Below are positions 46,801 through 59,919 of a stretch of DNA of 64,000 bases, piece after piece (position 1 is the first letter of the stretch; each line of letters begins with the position of its first letter). Below the pieces are notes generated by a model. That model ran no database searches, was not told the origin of the DNA, and saw only the letters and a list, made by a program, of their open reading frames with translations. The translations under genes and the position numbers were made by a program. This DNA is from Octopus bimaculoides (lineage: Eukaryota): positions 30,363,369-30,427,368 of the forward strand of contig NC_068999.1 in NCBI RefSeq assembly GCF_001194135.2, read 5' to 3'.

Positions 46801-47509
46801 AGTAAGTGGTCTGGTATCAACTATTTTACATTATAATGCACGTTCTAAAACATTTCCTTTACCACTTGAGTCACCATTGCTGTTTACTTATATCAAAGCA
46901 ATTTCTAAAAATTGCTCAGATAGGCACAGACATAGCTGTGTAGTTCAGATAGGCACAGGTATGGCTGTGTATTTAAGTTTGCTTCCCAACTACATGGTTC
47001 TGGATTTAGTCCCATTGTGTGGCATCTTGAGCATCTTGTGAGTGGTGTTGGTTGATGGAAACTGAAAGAAGCATGTTGTGTGTGTGTGTGTGAGTGTGCA
47101 TATGTCTGCATCTCTTTGCTTTGACATCACATAGTAGTTGTAAATGCATGTCACTGCCATACATTTCCAATATTCTGAGAGCATTTCTAGTCATGAGAAA
47201 ATATTACCTTGCTTGGAAATAGGTGGGAGTTGGTGACAGGAAGAGTATTTGGTCATAGAAAATTTGCATCTATAAACTCCATCCAACCCATGCAACCATG
47301 GAAATCAATGATGATTCTGATGGAATGACAGAGTAAATAAATCTAAACTAAGGGTAATAACTTCTGGTTTCATAGACGAGGAAGATAACTTTTGGACAGA
47401 CAAAAGCAAAAGTTTGACTATCACTGATGAACAATTAATGTAGTGAGCCAACCTCTACTAGTCTGACTTGCTAAGAATAGCAGCCAAATTGAGCTCAACA
47501 GAAACATAC

Positions 47510-50500
47510 TGGATAATTCAATCCTCATTCATCATCCATCATTTTGAATCTGGGTTTTGCCCCATTAATGGGGGTGGCCGGATCTACCTTAATGCCATAG
47601 CAACTGCCCTCACACTATCTCACCATCTTGCCCAGGTTTGGGCATCCTCCCTTCTCAAGCCAACCCTCCCAATCTCCTCCACCTGTCCCCTTCACATTTT
47701 CCTTGGTCTACCTTGCTTTCACTGTCTATTTACCTCAAACTCTAGCACCCTCTTCAGAACATGCTCCTCATCCCTCCTCAACACATGTCCATACCACTGC
47801 ACTCCATTCGTCCTTGCCAACCGTTCCACTGATTCCTCCAACCCCAGCATCCCCATCAAGTCCTCAGTCCTTCTCTTATCAAACACACACCAGACACTTC
47901 TCTCACCATTGCTCTCTCAGTCCTCAAAATTGCCAACTCTCTTTCCCTCAAACACCATGTCTCACTCCCATACAACTCCTTTCCTTTCATCTGCAATGAG
48001 AACCTTTTCCCATATAATAATGCTCCACATTCCCTGAACTTCACCCAGCCAAGTCTTACTCTTGTTGTCACAGCTGCTTCACACTCACCACTTACATCTA
48101 CCCTATCTCCCGAATAACAAACCTCTCTTACTGTCCCCACCTCATCACATAGTGTTTCCTCTGACTTCGCCAGCCCTCCAGCTCCTTTCTCACATCTTCC
48201 ATAAACCAAACTCTCTTGCCAGTCTTGGAGTCACCTTCATTTTCGGACATCTACCATGAATCCATTTCTCACATCTCGTACACAACATGGCATGTCATTA
48301 CCCTCCACCCCACTCACCATCACCTTTGTGTTCCTGAGGTTTACCTTCAAATGCCTCCTTCCATTTCCAAAACTTCTCCCTCAATCCCTCCAGCGTCTCA
48401 CTCATCAGAACAAGGTCATCTGCATACAGTATCTCCATTAGCAGTCCCTGTCTTACCACTTCAACCACCATTGCAAACAACAATGGTGACAACATAGATC
48501 CCTGGTGCACACCAACTTTCACTGCAAACTCATTTGACAGCTCTGATCCAATTCTCACTCTTGTCTTTACCCCCTCATACATCACTGCTCCCACTATTAC
48601 CTCTAGTACACCTCTTTTCCTTAATGCCCACTCAATCACCTTCCTTGGAACCCTATCAAATGCCTTCTCCAGATCAACGAAGCACATGTACAACTCCTTC
48701 CCTTTATCTCGGTATTCCTCCTGCAATCTCCTTACTATGAACACTGCATCTATTTGTCCTCCTTCTTGGCATAAAACCAAATTGCATCTCATCCACATCC
48801 ACCCCTTTCGAAATCCTCCTCTCCCACACCCTTTCTACTACATTGCATGCTCCAATAACTTCACTCTTCTATATGCCCCACAGCTCATTGCATCCCCTTC
48901 CGCTTGAAGATCAGTACCACCACACTAAGTGCCCAATCATCCGGCATTCCTCTTCCATCCAGCACGCCCTGGCAGAACTCAATCATCACAGCAATCCCTA
49001 TCTCTCCACTTGCAGTTATTATTTCCACACTTACTTCTGATGGACCAGCTGCCTTTCCTGTTTTCATTTCCTTCATTGTCTCCACTACTTCTTCCTGACT
49101 AAACCTCTCCACTGGCCTCTTCGCCACAGCAACTTCCACCCTCTGATCCCATTCATAATTCCCTCCATATGCTCCTTCCAAACTCTTCCCCTGTTCTTCT
49201 TACTAAAATTCAACCATCCTTCACTCCCCCTCATGCATCTTCCTCCCTCAACATCTCTTCCATCATTTTTCATTGATTTAATAAACCTAAACACTCTATC
49301 TGGGTTCTCATCTAGCCTGCTCAACCTTTCCTCACCCTCCTTCCTCATAGATCTCGTAACCACCTGCTTTGCACGATTCTTCATGTTGTTATACCTGCCT
49401 TTCATTTGCTCAGTCCTATTATTACATAAAGCTTTGTGCACTTTCTTCCTCTCTATCGCATCCTTCACCTCCTCATTCCACCACCACGTATCTCCTCAAT
49501 CTCTCTTACTCTTCGTCTTTCCACACACTTCATCACATGCCTTTAGTACCCCTTCTTTGAAAGACTTGCACAAATCCGGTGCATCAATGCTTACCAACTC
49601 CCCAACTCTCTCCTCAAACCTTGCTCTTGTTTCTTCTTCCTTCAGTTTCCACACCTTTCTCCTCTCAACTGTTCCCTTTTCACGTGCTTTTTAACTTTCC
49701 TCTTATCCAAGTCAGCAACCACCAGCCTGTGCTGCAACTCCCCTGGTATTGCCTTCACATCTCTCAGATATTTTCTGTTTTCCCTGCCAACCAACATGAA
49801 ATCAATCTCTGTCTCATTCCCTCCTGCATTGAAAGTCACCTTCCTTTTCTCTGTTTTCCTAAACCGCATATTCACCACATACAATTCTTTCTCATCACAA
49901 AACTCCAGCAGCATCCTTCCTTCCAAATTTCTCTTCCCAATACCATTTCCCCCATGCACACCCTCAAATCTCTGGATCCTTTTCCCAACATGTCCATTAA
50001 AATCACTGATGCCCAAAACCAATTCATCTACCTGTTGTAAGTCCCACTCATTCACCATTTCATTGAAGAACTGCTCTTTCTCAGCGATCCCTCTTCCACT
50101 TTGCAGACCATACCCACAAATTACCCTCACCACTTCTTCCTCAAATGCTAACACTACTGTCATCACTCTGTCACTCTTTCTCCTGACCTCCACCACCATC
50201 TCACAGATATCTTCCTTCACCAAACTCCCACACCTCCAGTTTTCCTGCTATTTCCCGACCACCACAACTTGTACTTTCTTCCCTTGACCCGCACAAATCT
50301 TGCACCTTGGCCCCTCCACCTAACCTCCTGCACACAGCACACATCCACCCTCCTCTTCCTCAATTCCTCATACACCTCAGTTCCTCTTTCACACAGACTG
50401 CTCACATTCCAACTTCTCAAGCTTCTCCTCAGGCCGTTGGCCATCATAAGGCAAGTTGTGCTTGCACAACCCAGGATAGGGTTTGCACCTTCCTTTTTCA

Positions 50501-50640
50501 GGTAGGTAGGTGCAGCCCACCCCAACCTTTGGGCTGGCTGGTGCCCATCCTCTTTTGCTATTATTCAGTTTTTTCATAGCTGGATTTTCTACGTGGAGCA
50601 TACCCTTGCTTACCCCCATCCTGAGTTTCTAGACATGAGT
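47510..50640 (-). mobile_element. Near full-length but frameshifted RTE-clade LINE ORF (APE endonuclease plus RT)
   Basis: SWNV..VDVCCVQEVRW, DFNGHVG, TEIDFML, QHRLVVADL, GKAAGP, FVDLEKAFDRVPR, GVHQGSMLSPLLF, YADDLVL, YGSETW. Ends in a gatggatgatga-type tail near 47520. Confidence 0.92.
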
Positions 50641-51099
50641 GGTCCCGAGACCAAAGCTTCTACCACAACTTTTAGTATATGTGGTGGAAAACTGGCTCAG
50701 GAAGGCAGGGACGCTACTCCCTGAGACCCATTTCAGAGCCCCACTACTCATTGAAATGTCTATATGTCTACAAATTCAAGACTAATAGTTTCAAAATATT
50801 TGGTGGTTGATTCATTATACTGTATGGCCTAGTCAATAGGGGTGTTACACTCACAATTGCAAAATCATTATTTTGATTCCCAGACTGGATTGTGCATTAT
50901 ATTCTTGGGGAAAACATTTCATTTCACATGGATCCAGTTCATGTGTGTATATATTCTTTTATCATTTTCAGCCAGAGGGTGCAGGTATGCTAGGGCACTG
51001 CCATTAGCATAAATACTTGTTTATTTTAGGCTCGTTTCCTAGCTCTTGTCTCCAATATTGGTCCTGGTGAAGTAGTGAGTTGGACTTCTTGCCACAATG

Positions 51100-52250
51100 T
51101 GGTTTCAACTTAGGTCAAAATTTATCTAAATGTTCTTTGAATACATTCACATCTATTCCTCTAGACATCTAGGGTCTTTTGGCAAGGTATTGAAAAGTTG
51201 TGGGTCTTTGAATCCTCAGTGGTTACAGTATTGGGTCCTTACTCAGGACAGAGGAGTGTCTAGTTTGCTAATTGGTATAGCTTTTATTCCTAAAGTTGGA
51301 TACTCGACTTTCCTGGATCTTCCATATAAATATTACTGCATATCTTTCATGTCTTCTCTCCAGGGAGAAGAGTCTCAGCTCTTTTAACCTCTGTTGCACC
51401 AAGGTTATCTTTTTGGCATAGTGGCATTTGATTGCCTCAAGCTCTGCTATTAGTTTGATACTCTGTGGCGACCATAATTGGGAGCAGTAATCCAGGTGAC
51501 TGAGAATAAATGTTCTTCATAGGAACAACTTTCTGCTTTTCTGTGTTCTGGATTATCTCAGGATTCAACCATTTAGTTGCCTGCACATTGTTGCCAACTT
51601 AGTAATACATTAACTCTGACTCAAGGATTGAAATACCCACTTAATCTGTTTTTGGATCAATAGCTGAGTGTTTGAATTTTTCCATCATTGTATTGCGTAC
51701 TGTTTTCAGCCCACTTGTGTATTGCATTCAGGTCTTTTTATATTTTTGAGTTATCATCAGTGTTCTTGATTGCCTGTGATACTTTTGTATCATCAATATA
51801 GCTGGTGAGAGTGGCTGATTGAGGGTATGTCTGAAAGAGCTATCACAAACAATAGTGGTCATAGTACACTTTCCTGAGGGATTCCACTTAAAATTGGTGT
51901 CTCCTCACTGAGAGCACCATTGGCTGTGTCTGACTCTTTCTCTTTAGAAAGTCATGTAGCCAGTCCTCTAGTTTTCCAACAATAACTAGATCACACAGTT
52001 TGTGACATACCCCATGACTAACTTTGTCAAAATATAGCACATCCATGTTTGAACAGTTAAGCTGATGTTTCAATATGTAGTCATAATGCTGCAGCAGTTG
52101 TGTAATGCAGCTCCATCTTGGACAGAAAACATGCTGTATTAATGAGCAAACCATTTTCCTTCTGACAATGCTACCTGTACTGTCAAGGACTTGCATTGCC
52201 ACATCAAAGGAGTCCTATATAGGTCTATTTGATTGACCCAGGCTGACTCC
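51100..52250 (-). mobile_element. Degraded CR1/L2-like LINE RT fragment
   Basis: MDVLYFDKVSH..GKLEDWLHDFLKRKSQ, followed by SGIPQESVL*PLLF. Confidence 0.55.
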
Positions 52251-52299
52251 TTGTTGCATAGCTTGTCTAATTATACCTGTTCCTGTTGTTAATGTTGGT

Positions 52300-53720
52300 A
52301 TAGGTTTAAGAAAGTTGAGTGCCTTAATCCTTAATGACTGGTGTAGAAGCATCATAGTTAGCTGCTACAAGGGCAAGGGAGATGCCTTAAATGAAAGTAA
52401 TTATAGAGGCATCAAATTGCTGGAACAGGTGATGAAGGTTGTAGAGAGAGCTATAACCCAATTAATTAGGAATAGAATTAAACTTGAAATGCAATTGAGC
52501 TTTGTCCTGTAAAGAAGCACTACTGATGCTATTTTTATTTATTTAGCTAAAAACAAACCATTGTACCTGACATTTGTTGATCTAGAGAAAGCCTTTGACA
52601 GAGTACCCCCGCTCTGTGATATGGTGGTCCCTGAGGAAGTTGAGGAAAGACAAATGATTTCTGAAAGCAGTACAGGCCATGTACAATGGTACTGTTAGCA
52701 AGGTAAAAGTTGGCCATCAGTGTACCCGTGTACAGTGATGAATTTAGTGTACAGGTAGGTGTCCCCTAAGGGTTGGTCCTCAGCCCCCTCCTACTCATCA
52801 TTATCCTCCAGGCCATAACAAAGGAATTTAAGACTGGAAGCCCATGGGAACTCCTATATGCTGATGATCTTGCCCTCAGCAGAATCTGTACCAGAATTAG
52901 AAAAGAAATTCCAGGTGTGGAAACAGAACCTGGAATTTAAGGGACTTAAAAAGCAAACTTTGCAAAGACCGAGGACCAAGTAATTGGACAGGACCCTTCA
53001 CTCATCAGTCCCTGCTTGATATGCAGGAAGCGGGTAGACAGAAATTCCATTCAGTGTACCTAGTTCAAACTATGCTCACACAAGTGGAATAGTTGGAAGA
53101 TTAACAGAGAAAGTAGTGTTTCTGTGTGGAAGATGTACGGGAGCCATAAAAACCACATTTTATGATTTCCTTAAATGTCCTGGTGACTCTCTGAAAGATG
53201 TAGATAATTTTTGCTACCCAGGTGACCTAATTAGCAGTAAAGGAGGCTGTATAGAAAGTGTAATTACTAGAAGAAGAGTAAGATGGAGAAAGTTCAGAGA
53301 TCTTTTACTCTGTTGGCAACCAAAAGGGAAGATTGTATGATGCATGTGTATGAACTTGATGTTGCATGGTAGTGAGACACAGACCTTGAATGCAGAAGAC
53401 ATGCAAAAGCAGGAGAGGAACGAAGCTGGTATGTTCTGCTGGCTGTGCAATGTCAGTGTGCATGTACAACAGAGCATTGATGTACTGAGGGAGAAGTTGG
53501 GCATCAGAGGAATTATACGCAGTGTGCAAGGGAGGCAACTGCACTAGTTTGGTCATGATGCAGATGGATGAGGACAGTTGCATTAAGAAGTGGAGGGAAG
53601 TTGTGGAAGAGGGAAACCCAGGAAGACAGGGGATAAAGTTTTGAAGGCTGATCTCAAAACATTGAACCTTATGGGGATAACTGAGGACTGAGACATGTGG
53701 CACATTGCTGTCCTTGAGAA
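52300..53720 (+). mobile_element. Degraded RTE-clade LINE fragment
   Basis: YKGKGDAL..NYRGIKLLEQVMKVVER, FVDLEKAFDRVP, LLYADDL, PCLIC..CT..CGRC, FCYPGDLI, LHGSET. Confidence 0.85.
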
Positions 53721-53989
53721 TACCTGCTCACCACAATAGAACTGAGATCCTAAAACCAAAGTGTCACATAAAAAGTGTTAGTGTGGGTGCTGGTGCTACT
53801 TAAAGGCACCTGTGATGGTGCCACATAAGAAGCACCCAGTATGCTCTGTGGAGTGGTTGGTATTAGGAAGGGCATCCAAAACAGACTATGTAACCTGGTG
53901 TGGAACCTGGCCTAATCAGTTCCTGTCAAGCCATCCAGCCTATGCCAGCATGGAAAATGGACATTGAATGATGAGCAAAAATCCACAGA

Positions 53990-54720
53990 ATCAAATTGAG
54001 TGAAACTTGCTCTCGCTCCACTACAGTTGCTATGAAACTTAGATGACTTTTTGGTGTTCCACCTTAGGGAGTGGTGGGAGGTTCTCCTTATATCATCATT
54101 AATCTTTCTTAGCAGATAACTGCTCACTAATCCAAACTTTGACTTATTAGGGTTAATCAAACAACGTTTAGGGTTGGAGGTGAAGCTCATTTTATGATCC
54201 GTAAGGCATTTCTCTTAGCTAAAGTCTGTATCCTATTGTTAGTTCCAAAATTAAAATCTTGCCTAATTGTTGATGCTATCATAGGTCTGAAGCGGCAACC
54301 CCCCCTGAAGTTCTTTGAAATACTGATTGTTAGTGGTCATTCATACATTTCTTTTTGTATTCTCAGAGAAGAATAAAGACCTGTCTGAAATTTCTATCTC
54401 CATGTATCTGAAATAAGCTTATGTTGCATGGAAGTTGAGTTATGTAATATTAGATTTGATGTCAGGTCTAAAATGTGTTTGAAAGTTGAGTCAAACAAAC
54501 AGACCCAGAGAACTGCTTTGATGTGGCAATGGGAGCTTTTGACAACTTAGAAATCTGTGATCTTATAGGCCTGCTTATTCTAGACACATTAGATGGGGAA
54601 TTCCCTTCAAACATTCAGTGTATATAGAGGTGACATCTTGAACATACGCATAAAGGTGGAAACAACCATTCCATGGATAGGCTCAGGAAAGACTTGATTA
54701 CGAAAGAAACAAATTTGATG
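53990..54720 (-). mobile_element. Penelope-like RT N-terminal fragment
   Basis: NPKRCLINPNKSKFGLVS..KINDDIR..WNT..FTQFD resembles the RLINPAKSE.G motif of Penelope-like RTs. Confidence 0.55.
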
Positions 54721-56574
54721 GTAGTAAGTTTTTTAGATATGACTAGTAAAAGACTGGTGAATGTTGGAAACGGAGATGTAAGAGCTAGGGAAAGAGTAAA
54801 TGTTGTGGAGGAGTAAAAAGAATGTGAAAAGGAGATAAGAAAAAGTAATAAGGTATGAAAGATATTAAGATAGGATGGAGTGCTAAATTACAACCACTCT
54901 GCCTACTACTTGCATGCACATACAAGGTTTGTATTTGCATACAAACCTTCATTACCCATGGAAAGTGGTATATTTTCATTCCTGATAAGTTCTGACTCCT
55001 TGCTAGATTCCAACAAATTTTACCAATCAATACTGTGTCTCAAACACTTCCCTGTTCTCTCCTCTAGTTCTCTCTGTGTCTTGTTATTAGTTATTATTTA
55101 AAATTATTTTATTTGTTTCCCTTTCTTACCATTTCTTCATTCTCTCAGCAACAATATTTTCCATTTCTCATTTTATTTGCTCTTTTAATTTCATCTTCTT
55201 ATGTTTTTCTTTATATCATTTCACTCATGTGTCATTTTCTTCCTCATCATTGTCTAATTCCTAGTTTCCATCTTTTCATTGCCATCACTTGTCTTTCATC
55301 CCACTTCTTTCTCTACTACAAATGTATTTGCTGCTGAAAATTTTGCTTTTGTTGCATTTGTATAAAATGAATTGTTTTATGTATTATCTACTTCAGTCTC
55401 AGTTTTCATTATCTAATTCACATTACTTTTCTTAAGTTTTCACATCTTTTACTAAAAGTCTGTTTGTGAGGGTTTTTAACCTCTTAGCATGGAACAAATT
55501 GTTTTCCCTGTGTATTTGCCTCTCTTCAGTACACACAACTTACATTGAATGTCCTTGTGCACTACAGTTCTGATAGTCCTCTCTGAAAACTGAAGTTCTT
55601 TGGTGATGGTCATCATTGATTTTCCAGGACTGTCATCGATGATATTTTGAATCTATTGGATCAATTGCAATGGCCTTATGGGCTGTTTAAAATATTCTTT
55701 TCTCTGTGATTCAATTCCTGCCAGTCTTCTGTTTCCATCTGAAGTTTGTACAAAAGATCTTGGCAATTTCTAAATCAGTGAGTTCTGCACAAATGGCACC
55801 AATGACTGAATATGTTTTCATTTCTTGTGAGTGTTTTATCTATGATAGAAGTTCTGAATGAAGCAATAACCTTTTAATTGGTTTGAAGGGAGTAATATAC
55901 TGGTAATTAAATGTCCTTAAATACCGCTTGCATGCTGTAAGGATGAAATTTTCTTCTCTTGTCTTCAGTATGCTTTAACAGATTTGATGACCTAGTAGTA
56001 AAGATTGGCATTCACTGCCATCAGAATTGTCTTCATCACATCTTATATGTCCAAACTTCTTTTCATTTCTTTAATCACTCTTTAGCCCTACATGCCTCCT
56101 TTCTCCCTCTCGTTAATTTACCTATCTCTCCCAGTCACTTTCTTCTACCTCAACCATATACATATTCATACAATTAATATTTCCTACCTTCATTTCTCTG
56201 TTTCTCTTTTTCCTTGTCATCTCCTCATTCTATCTCATTCATTAATTCAGACATGCAAATTTTACATTGTGCAGTTATTTTTGCATTAGACATTCCCTGC
56301 CAATACTCTAGAAGAACTTGCCCAAGCATGTTATATAGTCCTCAATCTCTACATTCTGTTTTTTTTTCCATTATCCAAAGACTTTTTTTGTTTTCTGACT
56401 GGGTGTTTCCATTTTCATCTGTGTAAAAGAGCCCAGGCTATATCTGGTCAGTCATGACTGACTTTTAAAACAGTTATTTTCTATTTACAAAAGGCTAACT
56501 TTATATGGAGTTGTCTGGTTATGTTTTGACCATATATGGTACACTTAATATTATAATATTGTATTAATTAATCA

Positions 56575-56918
56575 TCATCATCATTGTTTAACGTCCGCTT
56601 TCCATGCTAGCATGGGTTGGACGATTTGACTGAGGACTGGTGAAACCGGATGGCAACACCAGGCTCCAGTCTGATTTGGCAGAGTTTCTACAGCTGGATG
56701 CCCTTCCTAACGCCAACCACTCAGAGAGTGTAGTGGGTGCTTTTACGTGTCACCCGCACGAAAACGGCCACGCTCGAAATGGTGTCTTTTATGTGCCACC
56801 CGCACAAGCCAGTCCAGGGGCACTGGCAACGATCTCGCTCGAAAATCCTACAGGAGCCAGTCAGGCGGTACTGGCAACGGCCACGCTCAAAATGGTGCAT
56901 CTCATGTGCCACCCGCAC
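56575..56918 (-). mobile_element. Young SINE with (GAT)n tail and an internal tandem array running into an N gap
   Basis: Near identity to 4611-4762, then gtgcttttacgtgtcacc/gtgccacccgcac units like those at 1546-1870. Confidence 0.85.
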
Positions 56919-57132
56919 NNNNNNNNNNNNNNNNNNNNNNNNNNNNNNNNNNNNNNNNNNNNNNNNNNNNNNNNNNNNNNNNNNNNNNNNNNNNNNNNNN
57001 NNNNNNNNNNNNNNNNNNNNNNNNNNNNNNNNNNNNNNNNNNNNNNNNNNNNNNNNNNNNNNNNNNNNNNNNNNNNNNNNNNNNNNNNNNNNNNNNNNNN
57101 NNNNNNNNNNNNNNNNNNNNNNNNNNNNNNNN

Positions 57133-58830
57133 GGGTATTCACATTGACATTACACATCCAACGGAGCATACTGGCTTCATTCCTTGCGAGCTTACGTATG
57201 TCCTCAGCAGTTACAGCCCATGTTTCACTGCCATGTAGCATGGTTGTTCGTACGCATGCGTCATACAGTCTGCCTTTTACTCTGAGTGAGAGTCCCTTTG
57301 TCGCCAGCAGGGGTAAGAGCTCTCTAAACTTTGCCCAGGCTATTCTTATTCTAGCAGCTACACTTTCAGCGCACCCACCCCCACTACTAACTTGGTCGCC
57401 CAGATAGCGGAAGCTATCGACTACCTCTAGTTTTTCACCCTGGAATGAGATAGAAGTTGTTTCCTGTTTGTTTGCAGTCTTTATTGCCTGATACTATATT
57501 ACCTTATATTGAGTTTGCTCTTTTTCTCACTTATGAACCATCCCTGGACAAACACACACACACACATGGATCTAGCTGTATGGTTAAGACATTTACTTTG
57601 ATGGTTTTAGGTTTAATCCCACTGTGCAGCACATTGGATATGTATATTCTTCGGTCTCAAATTTTGACCAAACTTCAAATTCCAACTTGGATACTAAATT
57701 CATCCTTGTACTTATCACTAAGTAAATCTTTGTACTTATTGCACACATGACTTCAATGGCTCTTAATAGACATTCATCTACTCCTAACTTCTGCAAACAA
57801 CTGTGAGGTCAGTGAATGCCAAGTACAGTGGTTTTTTTTTTTTTGGCTAAATACTTTTCCTGCAGATGTCCTGCTAGAAGGAGATCATCAGTAGTTCTTT
57901 CCAGCATAAAACCAAATTGCATCTCCTTTATGTTAACTTTCTTCATAATTGAGCTATAACTCTTTCAGTAACTTTCATGGTTTGGTACAGTAATTTGATA
58001 CCTCCATAAAGACTTCTCTCTAAGGTATGTACCTCCATACTACATGAGTCATTCTGTACAACTTGATTAACTATATGGATGACTTGCCAGGTATTTTAAG
58101 CATCTCAGACGAAGAGCTGTCTTTGTTTTCATACCCTTAATTGCTTTGTCTATCATACCGCTGTCAACAAGAATGGGTGGTCCCTCTGTCAGGCTGTCAT
58201 TAGAAAGACTTTTTCTCTCGTTCTTCATATTTGGCAGGCTTTCATAATAGCACTCTCATACCTCTTTCTTTCAAAACCATTACGTGCAAGTATGCCATTA
58301 TCCTTCCAACACATTTTTCGCCTGCATCTTTATTCTCTCTGATTCACTTCCTCTGGTTGTAACACTGTAGAACATTGGCAAATCTCTTCCTTTCTGCTTC
58401 TCCTCTTACTAAATAGACATGTCTCCTATATTTTCTTCTAGCTACCTTGAATAGTTCTCTGCTGTCTCTCTTCAGGGTTGATCTCAATTACTATGAAGCA
58501 ATTGTTCTACATTGTCAGAAAGGAGATATAACTCTAATGAATTAATAAATCTATCTATCGATCAATCAATTCTTTTGTTACACCATATGTTTCAAGCCTG
58601 CCCTCAATGCACTTCCCTGTTCCACATCACCTTTGATCTGGCTTAAACTTTACACCAACCACAGATTTCATCTGTAGCCTTCAGTAAGTTGTTCTGGGAA
58701 AACATCCAGTTGTCTTCTATGTTATATGTCTCTGTCACCTCCCGCTTCTTGCCAATTGCTTCAAAGGAAGTTTCCATCACTGACCCCTGAGTTATTTCAC
58801 TTGGCTCATTTTTGTTTCATTTATGTAAAT
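57133..58830 (-). mobile_element. Degraded RTE-clade LINE, interrupted
   Basis: RIAWAKFRELLPLL..MLHGSETWAVT..LRWMCNV (57133-57430) and MQKLGVDECLLRAI upstream. Confidence 0.7.
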
Positions 58831-59115
58831 TACCTAGGCCATAAATGTGTTCTACTCTTTTTTGCATATATTTAAGTGTCATTTCTGTCAGAGATAAGGT
58901 AACTACATTAAGGCAGAAACATTCTTTCACAGTTGGGGAGATGATGAGTTTTGGAAAACTCTTGATTCTTGAAATTATCTCCCCTCCTCATTCAGGGTTG
59001 ATCTCAATTACTATGAAGCGATTGTTCTACGTTGTCAGGGAAGGGATATAACTCCTATGAATAAATAAATCTATCTTTCGATCGATCAATTTTTTTGTTA
59101 TACCATATGTTTCAA
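58471..59115. repeat. 125-bp direct repeat pair (58471-58595 and 58991-59115)
   Basis: Both copies begin ttcagggttgatctcaattactatgaagc and end ccatatgtttcaa. Confidence 0.9.
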
Positions 59116-59860
59116 AATGGTTAGCTTTAAACCTGAAAATCTACCATTAAATACTGAAGAGAGGAATGTCTTCCAGCTGGGTGTATTAAAGCACCTCGAG
59201 GAAAAAAGTAAAGTAAAATTCACAAATTTAGGTCGAAGGGAGATAATTGACAGAGCTGTTGAAGTGTAGTTACTTTATTTCTCTTTATTCCTTTTTCATT
59301 TTGGACTATGAAACAATATCTTGTCTCTTGTCCAATTTATTCATTCGAATTTTTTAGGAAGATAAAAGTGCCAGACAATATGCACATATCCAAATCTTCT
59401 TTACTGTTGCACTCACTGCTATACATCCACATTAATTACATTAAAAATATTAAATATATATAAAAATATCATGTTCATCATATATAGCCATTTGGATATC
59501 CTTACAAATATTTACATTTCTTGGACACAGTTACCCCAAATATATTTTAGGTATAATATTTCAGTGCAGTATTTAGTACAATTTAGTACAGTTATGATGC
59601 GGTTTTTCAGATGTGCATATTATCTTGCACTACTTCACCACACCTACCCTTTACCAGTTTACCTTCCCTACAAGATGTAACTAATCACTCACTTTTTACT
59701 TTTATTTCTCAATACTAGCCCTTTTCTTTTGTACTGTACATCATCATATCTTGGTCCATGCTTATATCCTACTCCTAATGCTTTAATTAGAGTTTAACTA
59801 ATTCATTTCACAATGGAATTAACCCCTTTAACAAATTAATCAGCTATTTCCTTTGGACTA

Positions 59861-59865
<5 letters not shown>

Positions 59866-59919
<54 letters not shown>

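Noticed and set aside
50640-50745. HDV-like ribozyme at the 5' end of the RTE LINE
   Set aside because: GC-rich hairpins are present and RTE 5' UTRs can carry such ribozymes, but I could not fit P3/L3/P1.1 of the nested double pseudoknot by eye. It needs an RNAMotif or Infernal search.
56640-57407. 255-aa ORF
   Set aside because: It is open only because it crosses 214 Ns. The left part is SINE and the right part is antisense RTE.
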